DNA of 32,000 nucleotides from Idiomarina loihiensis L2TR (GCF_000008465.1 NC_006512.1:990001-1022000); one strand, 5' to 3'; positions 8,289-21,521 are shown, numbered from the stretch's first letter. Numbers and translations: made by a program. Notes: a model not told the origin generated them from the sequence alone.

Positions 8289-9172
8289 GCGACGACAACC
8301 CCCACTCAGCCAACGGCTCATCGGGAAAATCCTGGGCAGCGAGACTGCTGCAAGTATTCGCTGGTGAGCCGAAAAGCAGAGAAGAACTCGTCGATTTGAT
8401 TCAGGACGCCGAAGACCGCGACCTGATAGACAACGATACCAGAGAGATGATTGAGGGCGTTCTCGATGTCGCTGAGCTTAAAGTCCGCGACATTATGATT
8501 CCACGCTCACAAATGGTCACCATTGATATCCATCAAGGTGTAGACGAATTCCTGCCTATCGTTATCGATTCTCAACACAGTCGTTACCCGGTTGTTACTG
8601 ACAACAAAGATCACGTTGAAGGCATTCTGTTAGCAAAAGACTTGCTCAGCTACGGCTTTAACATGACCGACGAAGCCTTTTCGCTGGACAAAGTCATGCG
8701 CCCCGCGGTTATCGTTCCGGAGAGTAAACGCGTTGATGTGTTACTAAAAGAGTTTCGTTCCAACCGTTACCATATGGCTATTGTTGTCGATGAGTATGGC
8801 GGCGTATCTGGTCTGGTAACTATTGAAGATATTCTGGAAGAAATAGTTGGCGAAATTGAAGACGAAACCGATGCTCATGGTAACGATGAGAAAAACAATA
8901 TTCGTCGCCTTAGCCCAAGCCGCTATTCAATAAAAGCTTTAACTACCATTGAAGACTTTAACCAATACTTTGACACCAACTTCAGTGATGAAGAACACGA
9001 CACTGTTGGTGGGCTTGTTGCGCACGGCTTTGGCCATTTACCACAGGCAGGTGAAGAAGTTAAACTCGGTAACATGACTTTCCGGGTCACTAACGCAGAT
9101 AAAAGACGTATTCAACAACTGCAAGTCAGTCTGGACTCTGATACCGATACCTCGCCGGAGTCTGCACAGTAA
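8285..9172 (+). CDS. corC: CBS-pair/CorC_HlyC-domain Mg/Co efflux-associated protein
   Basis: An ATGA overlap couples it to ybeY. It has a tandem CBS region and a C-terminal transporter-associated domain, and sits in the conserved ybeZ-ybeY-ybeX position. Confidence 0.88.
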   Translation: MSDDNPHSANGSSGKSWAARLLQVFAGEPKSREELVDLIQDAEDRDLIDNDTREMIEGVLDVAELKVRDIMIPRSQMVTIDIHQGVDEFLPIVIDSQHSRYPVVTDNKDHVEGILLAKDLLSYGFNMTDEAFSLDKVMRPAVIVPESKRVDVLLKEFRSNRYHMAIVVDEYGGVSGLVTIEDILEEIVGEIEDETDAHGNDEKNNIRRLSPSRYSIKALTTIEDFNQYFDTNFSDEEHDTVGGLVAHGFGHLPQAGEEVKLGNMTFRVTNADKRRIQQLQVSLDSDTDTSPESAQ

Positions 9173-10683
9173 TGATAACACCCTCAGGAAGCGTTACACG
9201 CTCTTTACTGTTAGTGATTTGCGGCGCTCTCCTGACGCTGTCTTATTCACCTTTTCACTGGCATTGGCTGCCGTTTATCATTCTGCCTATAGTGGTAAGA
9301 CTGATATGGCCCCTCGCCCCTAAACGGGCATTCAGGGCTGGCTTTGTCTTTGGCATGGGCTGGTTCGGTGCCGGTTTAAGCTGGATTTACGTTAGCATCG
9401 ATCAGTATGGTGGTGTTCCGGTTCCGGTTACGCTGCTTCTATTAGTACTACTCTTTGCTTATTTAGCACTGTTTCCTGCAATTGCATTTTGGTGTTGGCA
9501 GAAGCTCTCTCATCGTAAATTTGCCTGGCGCTTCAGCCTGCCTTTCTTTTGGCTTATTGCTGAGCTACTCAGAGGCTGGCTATTCACGGGCTTCCCCTGG
9601 CTAAGTCTCGGCTACAGCCAAACTGATGGTATTTTCGGTGGGTTGGCTCCGGTTATTGGTGAAACCGGTATTACGGTGGCTCTTTGGTTTACTGCCATTA
9701 CTTTGGTTCTGGCGCTAAGATTCAAAAAGCCGGCGTCGCTTTTAATTCCACTTGTTTTTCTCACTTGCGCTGTCGTATTTCCTAAAATACAACCCACAGA
9801 GAGAAAAGCAGAATCTATGTCGGTATTGCTGGTACAGGGCAACATCCAACAGTCATTAAAATGGCAGGCTGAACAGCAATGGCCGAATATTCTGCGCTAC
9901 CTTGATTTAACCCGTCCCAAGTTTAACCACGATCTGGTTATTTGGCCTGAATCCGCTATAACGGCACTTGAGCCCTACGCGAGTGATGTCCTCAATACAG
10001 TAGAACAGTCTGCGAGCATGAACGGCTCAGCCTTAATTACCGGTATTATTGACTACGACAGATTAAACGACGATTTTTACAACTCGGTTATAGTGCTGGA
10101 CGAAGAAAGCTACAGTTACGGCAATGCTAACCGCTACCAAAAACATCAACTGCTGCCCATAGGGGAATTTGTTCCCTTTGAAGACCTTTTACGCCCGCTG
10201 GCTCCGTTATTTAACCTCCCAATGTCGTCATTTAGCCGCGGGGGATACCAACAACCTAACCTTAAAGCTAACGGTAGTAACCTGGCCATGGCAATATGCT
10301 ATGAAATAGCTTTTGCAGGGCAAGTTCGTAGCAATACCTACGACGATACCGACTATCTGGTGACCATTAGCAATGACACTTGGTTTGGTGATTCACACGG
10401 CCCCTGGCAACACATGCAAATAGCGCGGATGCGTGCAATGGAGCTTGGCAAACCCTTATTGCGGGCAACGAATAATGGTGTCACAGCTGCCGTTGACGAA
10501 CATGGCCAATATATAGAGCTGGCTCCGCAGTTTACCGCAACAGCATTATCTGCCGATGTTTATCCGGTTAGTGGTTCAACGTTATTTAATAAAATTGGTA
10601 ACTGGGGAGCTATAATTCTGGCTCTGTTTGGCTTGTTACCTGTAATCGCTACAAAACGTACTAAGAAACACGCTCAGACATAG
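9172..10683 (+). CDS. lnt: Apolipoprotein N-acyltransferase
   Basis: A polytopic N-terminal region is followed by a nitrilase-like domain with the catalytic Glu (VIWPESA) and Cys (ICYEIAF). A TAATG junction couples it to corC. Confidence 0.92.
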   Translation: MITPSGSVTRSLLLVICGALLTLSYSPFHWHWLPFIILPIVVRLIWPLAPKRAFRAGFVFGMGWFGAGLSWIYVSIDQYGGVPVPVTLLLLVLLFAYLALFPAIAFWCWQKLSHRKFAWRFSLPFFWLIAELLRGWLFTGFPWLSLGYSQTDGIFGGLAPVIGETGITVALWFTAITLVLALRFKKPASLLIPLVFLTCAVVFPKIQPTERKAESMSVLLVQGNIQQSLKWQAEQQWPNILRYLDLTRPKFNHDLVIWPESAITALEPYASDVLNTVEQSASMNGSALITGIIDYDRLNDDFYNSVIVLDEESYSYGNANRYQKHQLLPIGEFVPFEDLLRPLAPLFNLPMSSFSRGGYQQPNLKANGSNLAMAICYEIAFAGQVRSNTYDDTDYLVTISNDTWFGDSHGPWQHMQIARMRAMELGKPLLRATNNGVTAAVDEHGQYIELAPQFTATALSADVYPVSGSTLFNKIGNWGAIILALFGLLPVIATKRTKKHAQT

Positions 10684-10771
10684 TCATCGGGCGCGAAAAT
10701 CAGTACACTATAAAGGCTTAGCAGAACTATTCTGTTGCTGTTCTTTTCCATTTTTTCACAGGGATCTCATT

Positions 10772-10969
10772 ATGGAAAATATATTTGACGCTATTCTTTT
10801 TGCTGTGCTTATTGCTGCAGGTGGTCTGGGACTCACTTCCTGGCTCATGTTGTTCGCCATTGATAAGTCAGAGCCTGCCGAAGTCAAACAACGCGCTGTT
10901 TTTGAAAACGGTTTTTTTGGTCTGGCCGGCATAGTCGTTGTACTTCTTATGTGGTACGCAATTAGCTAA
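10772..10969 (+). CDS. Hypothetical 65-aa two-helix membrane protein
   Basis: Two hydrophobic segments (AILFAVLIAAGGLGLTSWLMLFAI and FFGLAGIVVVLLMWYAI) flank a charged loop, DKSEPAEVKQR. AGGGA lies 7 nt upstream of the ATG. It fills the lnt-leuS gap. I recognise no family. Confidence 0.45.
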   Translation: MENIFDAILFAVLIAAGGLGLTSWLMLFAIDKSEPAEVKQRAVFENGFFGLAGIVVVLLMWYAIS

Positions 10970-10981
10970 ACCGATATTTAA

Positions 10982-13582
<2,601 letters not shown>

Positions 13583-13585
13583 CCT

Positions 13586-14080
13586 ATGCGCGTTACCTTA
13601 AACCTTGTACTCACCCTGCTGCTGATAGCCACTCTTAACGGGTGTGGCTTTCAGCTGCGTGGAAACTACCAGCTACCGGAAACGTTGCAGGCGGTTTCTC
13701 TGCAAAGCCATGTTTCAAAAGAATTAAGTGAGCATATGGAGCAGCGCTTTATTCATTCGGGGATCCAGGTATCTAAAGCGGAACAGCCTGTTGTTGTTCG
13801 GCTTCTTTCAGATAAGTTAGAGCGAAGAACATTGTCGTTGTTTGAAAGTGGCCAGGTTGCAGAATACGAGCTTTTGTATCAGGTCAATTATCAGTTGTTC
13901 AACAACGAAAAACTGCTACTTGAGCGAACGGTTGAAGTCGCGCGGGACTATCAGGACGACCCTAACTTTGTATTGGCTAAAACCCGCGAACGGGAAATGC
14001 TGGTCGATGAAATGAGAGCCGAAGCGTCACGCCTTATTTTGCAACAAATCATCTCCGAAATGTCGGAATCGAATTCCTAG
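13586..14080 (+). CDS. lptE: LPS-assembly lipoprotein LptE (RlpB)
   Basis: Has the lipobox LNGC followed by GFQLRG, as in LptE. It lies 3 nt after leuS in the conserved leuS-lptE-holA order. Confidence 0.88.
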   Translation: MRVTLNLVLTLLLIATLNGCGFQLRGNYQLPETLQAVSLQSHVSKELSEHMEQRFIHSGIQVSKAEQPVVVRLLSDKLERRTLSLFESGQVAEYELLYQVNYQLFNNEKLLLERTVEVARDYQDDPNFVLAKTREREMLVDEMRAEASRLILQQIISEMSESNS

Positions 14081-14083
14081 CCA

Positions 14084-15166
14084 ATGCAAACTATCTACCC
14101 TGAAAAGCTCGAACACTTCCTGCAACATAATGGGATTCCCCCTGTCCTGCTAGTGTTTGGTGATGACCTTTTACTCAGGAACGACGCGCTGGCTAGTATT
14201 CGAAAAAGCTTAGCCAGTGATGACCTCGAGCGGGTGCATTGGTTACAAAGTAAAGACTTCGACTGGCAGCAACTGTCTGCCGGTGAGCAGTCAATGAGCC
14301 TGTTTGGCAATATGCGGCTGGTTGAGCTGGAATTGCCCGAAAACAAACCCGGTCGGGACGGTTCTGCCGCATTGACCGAATACGCAAAGAATCAGGCCGA
14401 CAGCGAAATTCTGGTTGTTATTGGCGACCGGTTAAAAAAAGAGACCCAAAACAGTCGCTGGTTTAAAGCACTGGCAGAACGCGGTCCGCTGGTTCGCACC
14501 CAAAGCCCGGATAAGTCACAGTTGCCCGCCTTTATTCACCAGCGTGCTCAGCGTTATCAACTCATTCTCGCCGCGGGTGTCCCGGAAAAGTTATCAGACT
14601 GGTTTGAAGGAAATTTACTTGCTCTGGATCAGGAACTCAGTAAATGGCAATTGCTGAGCAACGATGGTGTCATTACGGAAGACTTTCTGAAAAGCTCCAT
14701 TGATGATGTCAGCCGCTTTAGTGTGTTTGCGCTGCAGGAAAGTATCCAGCAGCAAGATTTCGAAGGTGCGTTGCATCGCCTCGAGCGCTTACTGGACGAA
14801 GAAAATGACTTTCACAGGCTTATCTGGATTTTGCAGCGCGAAGTACAATTGCTAACAGCGTTGCAAAAAGCTAAGCAGACACAAACCGATACAAACGCGC
14901 TTTTCCGTCAATTTATGATTTGGCCTAATCAGCAACCGGGGTATCACCAGCGCGCAAATCAATTGAGCCAGCAAACTCTATTGAGTGCACAGCAACTCAT
15001 TGAGAGAATAGAAGCGGCGCTTAAGCTCGATAGCGGCGAATCTCCTCTTACATTGACAACACATCTACTCAGTTTACTTTGCTGCAATAATGCCAACGCC
15101 ATTAATGACGGACTTTCGGTATTTAACCACGGCATTGAACCGAACGAAAAATTTATTCAGCTATGA
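14084..15166 (+). CDS. holA: DNA polymerase III delta subunit
   Basis: The 360-aa size, the N-terminal region and the position between lptE and nadD all fit HolA. The family is divergent, so the call leans on synteny. Confidence 0.8.
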   Translation: MQTIYPEKLEHFLQHNGIPPVLLVFGDDLLLRNDALASIRKSLASDDLERVHWLQSKDFDWQQLSAGEQSMSLFGNMRLVELELPENKPGRDGSAALTEYAKNQADSEILVVIGDRLKKETQNSRWFKALAERGPLVRTQSPDKSQLPAFIHQRAQRYQLILAAGVPEKLSDWFEGNLLALDQELSKWQLLSNDGVITEDFLKSSIDDVSRFSVFALQESIQQQDFEGALHRLERLLDEENDFHRLIWILQREVQLLTALQKAKQTQTDTNALFRQFMIWPNQQPGYHQRANQLSQQTLLSAQQLIERIEAALKLDSGESPLTLTTHLLSLLCCNNANAINDGLSVFNHGIEPNEKFIQL

Positions 15167-15792
15167 TACGCGCAATTTTTGGCGGCACCTTCGATCCTAT
15201 TCATAACGGGCACCTGCAAACGGCAGCCGCTCTGGTGAAAGAGCTCGGTATTTCAACTTTAGCATTAATGCCAAGCGCGGTGCCGCCGCATCGTCCACAA
15301 CCGGATGCCAGTCCTGAGCAGCGGTTAGACATGGTTAAGCTTGCGTCTCAATACCACAAGGCTTTCACTGTCGAGGACTGGGAATTAAGACAGGACAGAC
15401 CGTCCTTTACTGCCAATACATTAAGTGAATTTAAAACTCAGTTCCCTGATGACACCCTACTCTTTGTAATGGGGATGGATTCATTAATGAGTCTTCACCG
15501 CTGGCATCATTGGTGCCAGCTTATTGAGTGTGCTCACCTTGTTGTTATGCCAAGAGCAGGAGTTCCTTTTAACCCTAAAAACGACGAGCTCAAAGAGTTT
15601 ATTTCAGTCCATCTGACCCGCGATAAAAACGCCTTGAATACACAAAGCCAGGGGCTGCTTTATATTGCAGAAACTCCAATGGTCGATGTTTCCGCCACTG
15701 AACTGCGGAAACAACTTCAGCAGCGTGAAAAAAACCTGCCACTACCTTCCAATGTTTATAACTATATAAGACAACATCAGCTGTATTTGTAA
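15163..15792 (+). CDS. nadD: Nicotinate-nucleotide adenylyltransferase
   Basis: Has the GGTFDPIHNGH (HxGH) motif. An ATGA overlap couples it to holA. Confidence 0.93.
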   Translation: MIRAIFGGTFDPIHNGHLQTAAALVKELGISTLALMPSAVPPHRPQPDASPEQRLDMVKLASQYHKAFTVEDWELRQDRPSFTANTLSEFKTQFPDDTLLFVMGMDSLMSLHRWHHWCQLIECAHLVVMPRAGVPFNPKNDELKEFISVHLTRDKNALNTQSQGLLYIAETPMVDVSATELRKQLQQREKNLPLPSNVYNYIRQHQLYL

Positions 15793-15855
15793 CTGAACAC
15801 TTTTCCTAATTTCTGTTAAACTTCGGGTTTTAATCCTTAAATCGGAGAAAATCTT

Positions 15856-16173
15856 TTGCAGGCAGAAGAATTGCGTGAATTTGTCATTGATAAAATCGAT
15901 GATCTTAAAGGTCGTGACGTTCAAATTTTAGATGTTCATGATAAAACCGACGTTGTTGACTACATGATCATTTGCTCTGGCAGCTCGAAAACGCATGTAA
16001 GAAGCATTGCTGAACATGTAGCGACAGAAGCAAAGCATGCTGGCACGCCGCCTATTGGCGTAGAAGGTGGAGAACAGTCGGAGTGGGTTTTAGTTGACCT
16101 TGGTGATGTTGTTATACATGTTATGCAAGACAGTATTCGCGACTTCTATCAATTAGAAAAACTCTGGGGCTAG
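15856..16173 (+). CDS. rsfS: Ribosomal silencing factor RsfS (YbeB)
   Basis: 105 aa. DYMIICSGSSKTHVRSIAEHV matches the E. coli RsfS core. The start is TTG, with GGAGAAAA 7 nt upstream. Confidence 0.9.
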   Translation: MQAEELREFVIDKIDDLKGRDVQILDVHDKTDVVDYMIICSGSSKTHVRSIAEHVATEAKHAGTPPIGVEGGEQSEWVLVDLGDVVIHVMQDSIRDFYQLEKLWG

Positions 16174-16176
16174 TCA

Positions 16177-16647
16177 GTGCAAATTCAATTACTCGCCGTT
16201 GGCACCAAAATGCCCACGTGGGTTACTGAAGGCTTCAACGAATATAAAAAACGGTTCCCGGCGGATTGTAAGCTAGTGCTGCATGAAATAGCGGCTCAAA
16301 AGCGAACACGCAAAGCAGACTTAAACCGCGTTATGCAACAAGAAGGCAAATCGCTGCTGCAAGCAATACCCAAAGGGAACCGAATTGTCACTTTAGAAGT
16401 CAAAGGTCAGGCTTGGGACACTCCCAAACTTGCTCAGCAATTAGAAAAGTGGCAAATGGACGGTAGAGATGTCACTCTGTTAATTGGTGGGCCCGAAGGG
16501 CTTTCTGATGAATGCCTGGCAGCAGCAGAGCAGCGATGGTCTTTGTCCAAATTAACATTGCCCCATCCAGTAGTGAGGTTAATTGTCGCAGAAAGTCTTT
16601 ACCGGGCATGGAGCCTGAATAACAATCATCCGTACCATAGAGAATAA
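16177..16647 (+). CDS. rlmH: 23S rRNA (pseudouridine1915-N3)-methyltransferase
   Basis: Near colinear with E. coli RlmH, from [10 protein letters not shown] to LIGGPEGLS to NHPYHRE. The start is GTG. Confidence 0.95.
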   Translation: MQIQLLAVGTKMPTWVTEGFNEYKKRFPADCKLVLHEIAAQKRTRKADLNRVMQQEGKSLLQAIPKGNRIVTLEVKGQAWDTPKLAQQLEKWQMDGRDVTLLIGGPEGLSDECLAAAEQRWSLSKLTLPHPVVRLIVAESLYRAWSLNNNHPYHRE

Positions 16648-16655
16648 GAATAATA

Positions 16656-18551
16656 ATGCGTCACCGCACCCACATACGTGATCATGACTCCGAAGCGGCC
16701 GTTTTTGGGCGACGTGTACTCGTTGCTATGGTGATTGTTGTAGCTGCTTTTATAGCTCTTGCGTCAAACATGTATCACCTACAGGTGAGTGAACATAACG
16801 AGCTTCAGACGCGCTCTAACGATAACCGGATCAAATTACTCCCTCTGGCGCCGAATCGGGGCTTAATTTACGACCGCAACGGTGTTTTATTAGCTGAAAA
16901 CACACCAATTTACAGTCTGGATGTTACCCCGGAAGAAATCGATAATCTTGAGCAGACCCTAAGTCAACTTCAGCAGTTACTCGACTTTCCTGACAGCACT
17001 ATTGAGCGCTTCTACCGGAATCTAAAAAATCAGCGGCGTTTTAATAATGTGCCCTTGCTCGATGAATTGAATGAAAAACAGCTGGCAGTTTTTGCGGCGC
17101 ATCAACATAAGTACCCAGGCATAAGCATCGAAGCTCGTTTGATACGAAACTACCCTCACAAAGAGTTATTAACACACGCAGTTGGCTATGTTGCCAAGAT
17201 CAACCCAAGAGACGTCGAGAGCCTGCGTGAAAGTGGCGAACTACCTAATTACGCCGCCAGCAGGACGATAGGAAAGCTCGGTATAGAAAAATACTACGAG
17301 AAAGATCTCCATGGCGAAGTCGGCTATCAGAGTGTTGAGGTAAATAACCGAGGGCGTGCAGTCAGAACATTGAGTATTGAAGCACCTAAGCCGGGTCAGG
17401 ACATCGTTCTGGAGCTGGATCTTGAATTACAGAGAAAAGCTGCGGAGTTACTAGGTGAGCAACGCGGCTCTATTATATTAATGGATGCCACCACCGGTGG
17501 GATACTGGCTATGGTCAGCACGCCCAGCTACGATCCAAATTGGTTCGTCAATGGCATTTCGGTTAAGCAGTATCAATCGTTGTTGAATTCGACTCAGAGT
17601 CCGTTGCTTAACCGCGTAACTCAAGGGGCTTATCCCCCGGCATCAACCATCAAACCTCAAATCGGTTTGCTCGGATTAGAAGAAGGCACCATTGACGAAG
17701 ATACTCGCATATGGGACCCCGGCTGGTTTGAAATAAAAGGCGTGGACCGACGCTACCGCGACTGGCTGGCCTGGGGACACGGCTGGGTCGATGTAGAAAG
17801 AGCCATTACTGAAAGCTGTGATACATTTTATTACGATTTAGCCCTTAAGCTCGGCGTCGATAAGATATCCAGTTTTATGGCTGAGTTTGGTTTTGGCGAA
17901 AGAACAGGCATCGATATTCACGAAGAAGTCTCTGCATTAATGCCATCTCGTGGTTGGAAAAGAGCGCGTTTCGGTCAGCCCTGGTATGCGGGCGAAACTC
18001 TTTCTGTCGGTATTGGTCAGAGTTACTGGACGGCAACACCTATGCAACTAGCCGTTGCAACGGCCATGGTTGCAAATAAAGGCGAGCACCTTATTCCCAG
18101 GCTGCTTCGCGGTAAAATACAAGACGGTGTATTTGAAGAAGCTTTAATCGCCCACCGGGAAAAATTGACCTTATCCGATAGCAGCAACTGGGAAGTTATC
18201 ACTAAAGGGATGCGTAACGTCAACATGTCACCCAAAGGTACAGCGCATAGGGCGTTTAAAGACGCGCCCTACTCGTCGGCAGGCAAAACCGGAACAGCTC
18301 AGGTCAGAAGCCTCGGACAGGAAGAGGAATATAATGCAGAAGATATCGCCGAGCGCTATCGCGATAATGCGATGTACGTGGGTTACGCTCCGGCAGAGGA
18401 TCCTGAAGTTGTTGTTGTGGTAGCAATAGAAAACTCTCTTGGGGGCGGCGGAAGTGTCGCCGCACCGGTAGCAAGAAAAATATTAGACGTCTGGCACACC
18501 CGATTTAACAATGGCAAAAAACAGCAGGAAGAAACAAATGCTGACAACTGA
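16656..18551 (+). CDS. mrdA: Penicillin-binding protein 2 (elongasome transpeptidase)
   Basis: Has an N-terminal TM anchor, the SxxK motif STIKP and the KTG motif KTGTAQ. It lies directly upstream of rodA. Confidence 0.95.
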   Translation: MRHRTHIRDHDSEAAVFGRRVLVAMVIVVAAFIALASNMYHLQVSEHNELQTRSNDNRIKLLPLAPNRGLIYDRNGVLLAENTPIYSLDVTPEEIDNLEQTLSQLQQLLDFPDSTIERFYRNLKNQRRFNNVPLLDELNEKQLAVFAAHQHKYPGISIEARLIRNYPHKELLTHAVGYVAKINPRDVESLRESGELPNYAASRTIGKLGIEKYYEKDLHGEVGYQSVEVNNRGRAVRTLSIEAPKPGQDIVLELDLELQRKAAELLGEQRGSIILMDATTGGILAMVSTPSYDPNWFVNGISVKQYQSLLNSTQSPLLNRVTQGAYPPASTIKPQIGLLGLEEGTIDEDTRIWDPGWFEIKGVDRRYRDWLAWGHGWVDVERAITESCDTFYYDLALKLGVDKISSFMAEFGFGERTGIDIHEEVSALMPSRGWKRARFGQPWYAGETLSVGIGQSYWTATPMQLAVATAMVANKGEHLIPRLLRGKIQDGVFEEALIAHREKLTLSDSSNWEVITKGMRNVNMSPKGTAHRAFKDAPYSSAGKTGTAQVRSLGQEEEYNAEDIAERYRDNAMYVGYAPAEDPEVVVVVAIENSLGGGGSVAAPVARKILDVWHTRFNNGKKQQEETNADN

Positions 18552-19656
18552 AGAACGCCAAAGAAGTCCGCTACTGAAAAAACTGCATATTGATGGGCCA
18601 CTGCTGATTCCTTTGGTCCTGCTCTCAGTTCTTAGTCTATTTGTTATTTACAGCGCTGCCGGGCAGGATCTGGAGGTCGTAGAAAGGCAGTCGATACGTA
18701 TTGGGTTATCGTTTGTTGTACTTTTTGTGGTTGCACAAATTCCACCACGTGCCCTGTCACGCTTTGCGGTGCCAGCCTTTGGTGCCGGGGTTCTGCTGCT
18801 AGTGGCCGTACTTGTTTTCGGTGAAATGGGGAAAGGCGCTCAACGGTGGCTGGATATAGGCCCTTTAACCATACAGCCGTCAGAAATAATGAAACTCGCC
18901 ATGCCCCTTATGCTGGCCTGGTATATGAATCAACACCCTATTCCGCCCTCCATTTATCGATTGTTTGGCGCTTTAGTGCTGGTGATTATTCCAACCTTAC
19001 TCATTGCCCGACAACCCGACTTAGGGACTTCTCTGCTGGTTGCCTGCGCTGGACTTTTCGTTATATTTTTGGCTGGACTAAGCTGGAAGTTAGTTACCGC
19101 CGCGGCTATTTCTACTGCGGCTTTTACCCCTGTGCTCTGGTTTTATCTTATGCACGACTACCAGCGCCAACGAGTGCTCACTTTTTTAAACCCCGAACGT
19201 GATCCTCTCGGTTCCGGCTACCACATTATTCAGTCAAAAATTGCCATCGGTTCAGGCGGCATTGATGGCAAAGGCTGGCTTCAGGGAACTCAGTCTCAAC
19301 TGGAGTTTTTACCGGAGCGTCATACCGACTTTATTTTTTCTGTTTTTAGTGAGGAATTTGGCCTTACCGGAGTTATCCTTTTGCTTGCATTATATGGCTT
19401 CATTATTTTACGAGGCCTAATTATTGCTCTGCAAACCCAGGATATCTTTTGTAAGTTATTGGCCGGTTCATTAACACTCACCTTCTTTGTTTATGTCTTT
19501 GTAAATATTGGTATGGTTTCAGGACTATTGCCAGTGGTTGGGGTACCATTACCTTTAATCAGTTATGGTGGCACGTCGATGGTGACACTTATGGCCGGCT
19601 TCGGCATGCTCATGTCCATTGCGACCCATCATCGCTTAGTTATGAAAAATGGCTAA
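18538..19656 (+). CDS. mrdB: SEDS peptidoglycan glycosyltransferase RodA
   Basis: Colinear with E. coli RodA (QPSEIMKLA, PDLGTS, YHIIQSKIAIGSGG, ERHTDFIFS, GVPLPLISYGG). ATG 18538 has AGGAAG 6 nt upstream and gives 372 aa, so I prefer it to ATG 18511. It overlaps mrdA by 14 nt. Confidence 0.93.
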   Translation: MLTTEERQRSPLLKKLHIDGPLLIPLVLLSVLSLFVIYSAAGQDLEVVERQSIRIGLSFVVLFVVAQIPPRALSRFAVPAFGAGVLLLVAVLVFGEMGKGAQRWLDIGPLTIQPSEIMKLAMPLMLAWYMNQHPIPPSIYRLFGALVLVIIPTLLIARQPDLGTSLLVACAGLFVIFLAGLSWKLVTAAAISTAAFTPVLWFYLMHDYQRQRVLTFLNPERDPLGSGYHIIQSKIAIGSGGIDGKGWLQGTQSQLEFLPERHTDFIFSVFSEEFGLTGVILLLALYGFIILRGLIIALQTQDIFCKLLAGSLTLTFFVYVFVNIGMVSGLLPVVGVPLPLISYGGTSMVTLMAGFGMLMSIATHHRLVMKNG

Positions 19657-19673
19657 AAAAACAGGGAAACTAT

Positions 19674-20645
19674 ATGCGCACCTTATTAGGATTAGCGTTG
19701 CTAACCGCAACAAGCAGCTTACCTGCATATGCTCAGGAGCAAAGCCCTGAGATTGAAAAGTTTATTCAACAGCAAGTTGAGCAGCACAAACTAGACGAAG
19801 AGCAAGTTCGCCAATGGCTCTCGACAGCTCGGAAAAACGACGAGGTTCTTGAAGCCATTCAGCGTCCATGGGAAGCCAAGCCCTGGTATCAATACTACCC
19901 AATTTTCTTAACTGAAAAACGCTTAGAAGCGGGCGTTAAGTTCTGGAAAAAACATAAAGAAACGCTGGAACGTGCAGAAGCTGAATACGGCGTACCTGCT
20001 CAAATCATAGTTGCAATCATTGGCGTCGAAACCTTTTATGGCAATTATATGGGGAAATATTCCGTTCTGGATTCACTCTACACTTTAGGCTTTCATTACC
20101 CTCCCCGTTCAAGTTTCTTCCGTTCCGAACTTAGCGAATTCTTTCAGTTAGCATCTGAAGAAGGTTGGGACGTAGCCGAAGCAAAAGGTTCCTACGCCGG
20201 TGCTATGGGTTTCGGTCAGTTTATTTCCTCCAGCTATCGGCATTACGCGGTGGACTTTGACAACGACGGACAAAGAGACATTTTGACGAATCCGGTCGAT
20301 GCTATCGGCAGTGTGGCTAATTATTTTGCAGAACATAAATGGCAGCAAGGCCAACCTGTAGCACAGCCTCTTGGTAATGAACAAGACTGGAAAGCGTTAG
20401 TCAGCGACGGTATGAAACCCAATACCACGCGTTCCGAAATTAAGCGTAAAGGCTATGAACTTCCGCAGCATAAGGCGGTTAATAATGGTACCGAGGTCAG
20501 AGTATTTGAGTTTGAAACAGAAAACGCTCATGAATACTGGCTGGGATACGACAACTTCTATGTGATTACCCGGTATAACCACAGTCCACTTTACGCGATG
20601 GCTGTCTACCAGTTTAGCGAGCAACTGAAAAATGAAGTGCAGTAA
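19674..20645 (+). CDS. mltB: Lytic murein transglycosylase B family (soluble SltB-like)
   Basis: Has a Sec signal peptide (LPAYAQ, not a lipobox) and the catalytic-Glu region IIGVETFYG. The rodA-sltB-rlpA order is the same as in Pseudomonas. Confidence 0.85.
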   Translation: MRTLLGLALLTATSSLPAYAQEQSPEIEKFIQQQVEQHKLDEEQVRQWLSTARKNDEVLEAIQRPWEAKPWYQYYPIFLTEKRLEAGVKFWKKHKETLERAEAEYGVPAQIIVAIIGVETFYGNYMGKYSVLDSLYTLGFHYPPRSSFFRSELSEFFQLASEEGWDVAEAKGSYAGAMGFGQFISSSYRHYAVDFDNDGQRDILTNPVDAIGSVANYFAEHKWQQGQPVAQPLGNEQDWKALVSDGMKPNTTRSEIKRKGYELPQHKAVNNGTEVRVFEFETENAHEYWLGYDNFYVITRYNHSPLYAMAVYQFSEQLKNEVQ

Positions 20646-21459
20646 TTTATCCACCTTAATGCTGAGCGTGTTTTTGCTCAGTAGTTGCTCCAGCGGTCCC
20701 TCCGGCCGATACTCTCAGCATGAAGACAGTGCTCCGACTCGTTTACCTACTGAGTCGGAGTTACGCAGTGCCGTTCCCGTACATGAGCCTATCAGTCCTC
20801 AGGGGAATCGGGACTATCGGGTCTTAGGCAATAATTATGAGGTAATGGACAGTGCGGTAGGGTATGTCGAGGAAGGTTATGCCTCCTGGTATGGAAATAA
20901 ATTTCATGGGCATCTGACTTCGAATGGTGAATATTATGATATGTACAGTATGTCAGCGGCTCATACCCGGTTACCTCTGCCTACTTATGTAAAAGTCACT
21001 AACTTGAACAACGACCGTACCGTCACTGTTAGAGTAAATGATCGCGGGCCATTCCATCCTGAACGTATTATCGACTTGTCATTTGCGGCGGCTTATAAGT
21101 TGGGTATGTTGGATAGTGGTACAGCCCCGGTTAGAGTTGAAGCCATTAATTTAAAAACGCCAATGCGAGTCGAAGATCAGTCTGCCCCGGGAAGCCAATC
21201 GAATTATCATATTCAATTGGTGGCTTCATCAGATATTAACCGTTTATCGCAGTTAAAACGCAACCTGCCGCCCAAGTTCCAGGAAATTGCAACTACAGAG
21301 AAAACGGATGGTCTACATAAATTAATGCTGGGTCCGGTTTCAGAACAGAAAAGCTACGATTTACTCGAGCAAATACGATCTTCCGGATACCCTCAAGCTT
21401 TTCGCGTAAAGGCGGCGCAAAGTCAGACGGATACTCCTGACGCTGTGCAACAAAACTGA
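20632..21459 (+). CDS. rlpA: Septal ring lytic transglycosylase RlpA (DPBB + SPOR domains)
   Basis: Has the lipobox LLSSC, the DPBB core ASWYGNKFHGHLTSNGEYYD...VRVNDRGP and a C-terminal SPOR-like segment. It overlaps mltB by 14 nt. Confidence 0.9.
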   Translation: MKCSNLSTLMLSVFLLSSCSSGPSGRYSQHEDSAPTRLPTESELRSAVPVHEPISPQGNRDYRVLGNNYEVMDSAVGYVEEGYASWYGNKFHGHLTSNGEYYDMYSMSAAHTRLPLPTYVKVTNLNNDRTVTVRVNDRGPFHPERIIDLSFAAAYKLGMLDSGTAPVRVEAINLKTPMRVEDQSAPGSQSNYHIQLVASSDINRLSQLKRNLPPKFQEIATTEKTDGLHKLMLGPVSEQKSYDLLEQIRSSGYPQAFRVKAAQSQTDTPDAVQQN

Positions 21460-21521
21460 TATAATTCGGCCTCTTTACGCATTTGATTCACTTTTTGACC
21501 GATAAGATAAAGATAATCCCA

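Noticed and set aside
10729-10765. A terminator-like element after lnt: AGCAGAA...TTCTGTTGCT followed by a T-rich tract.
   Set aside because: The stem needs a 3-nt bulge and is short, and the T-tract is interrupted. I cannot support it as a terminator without folding energies or Term-seq.
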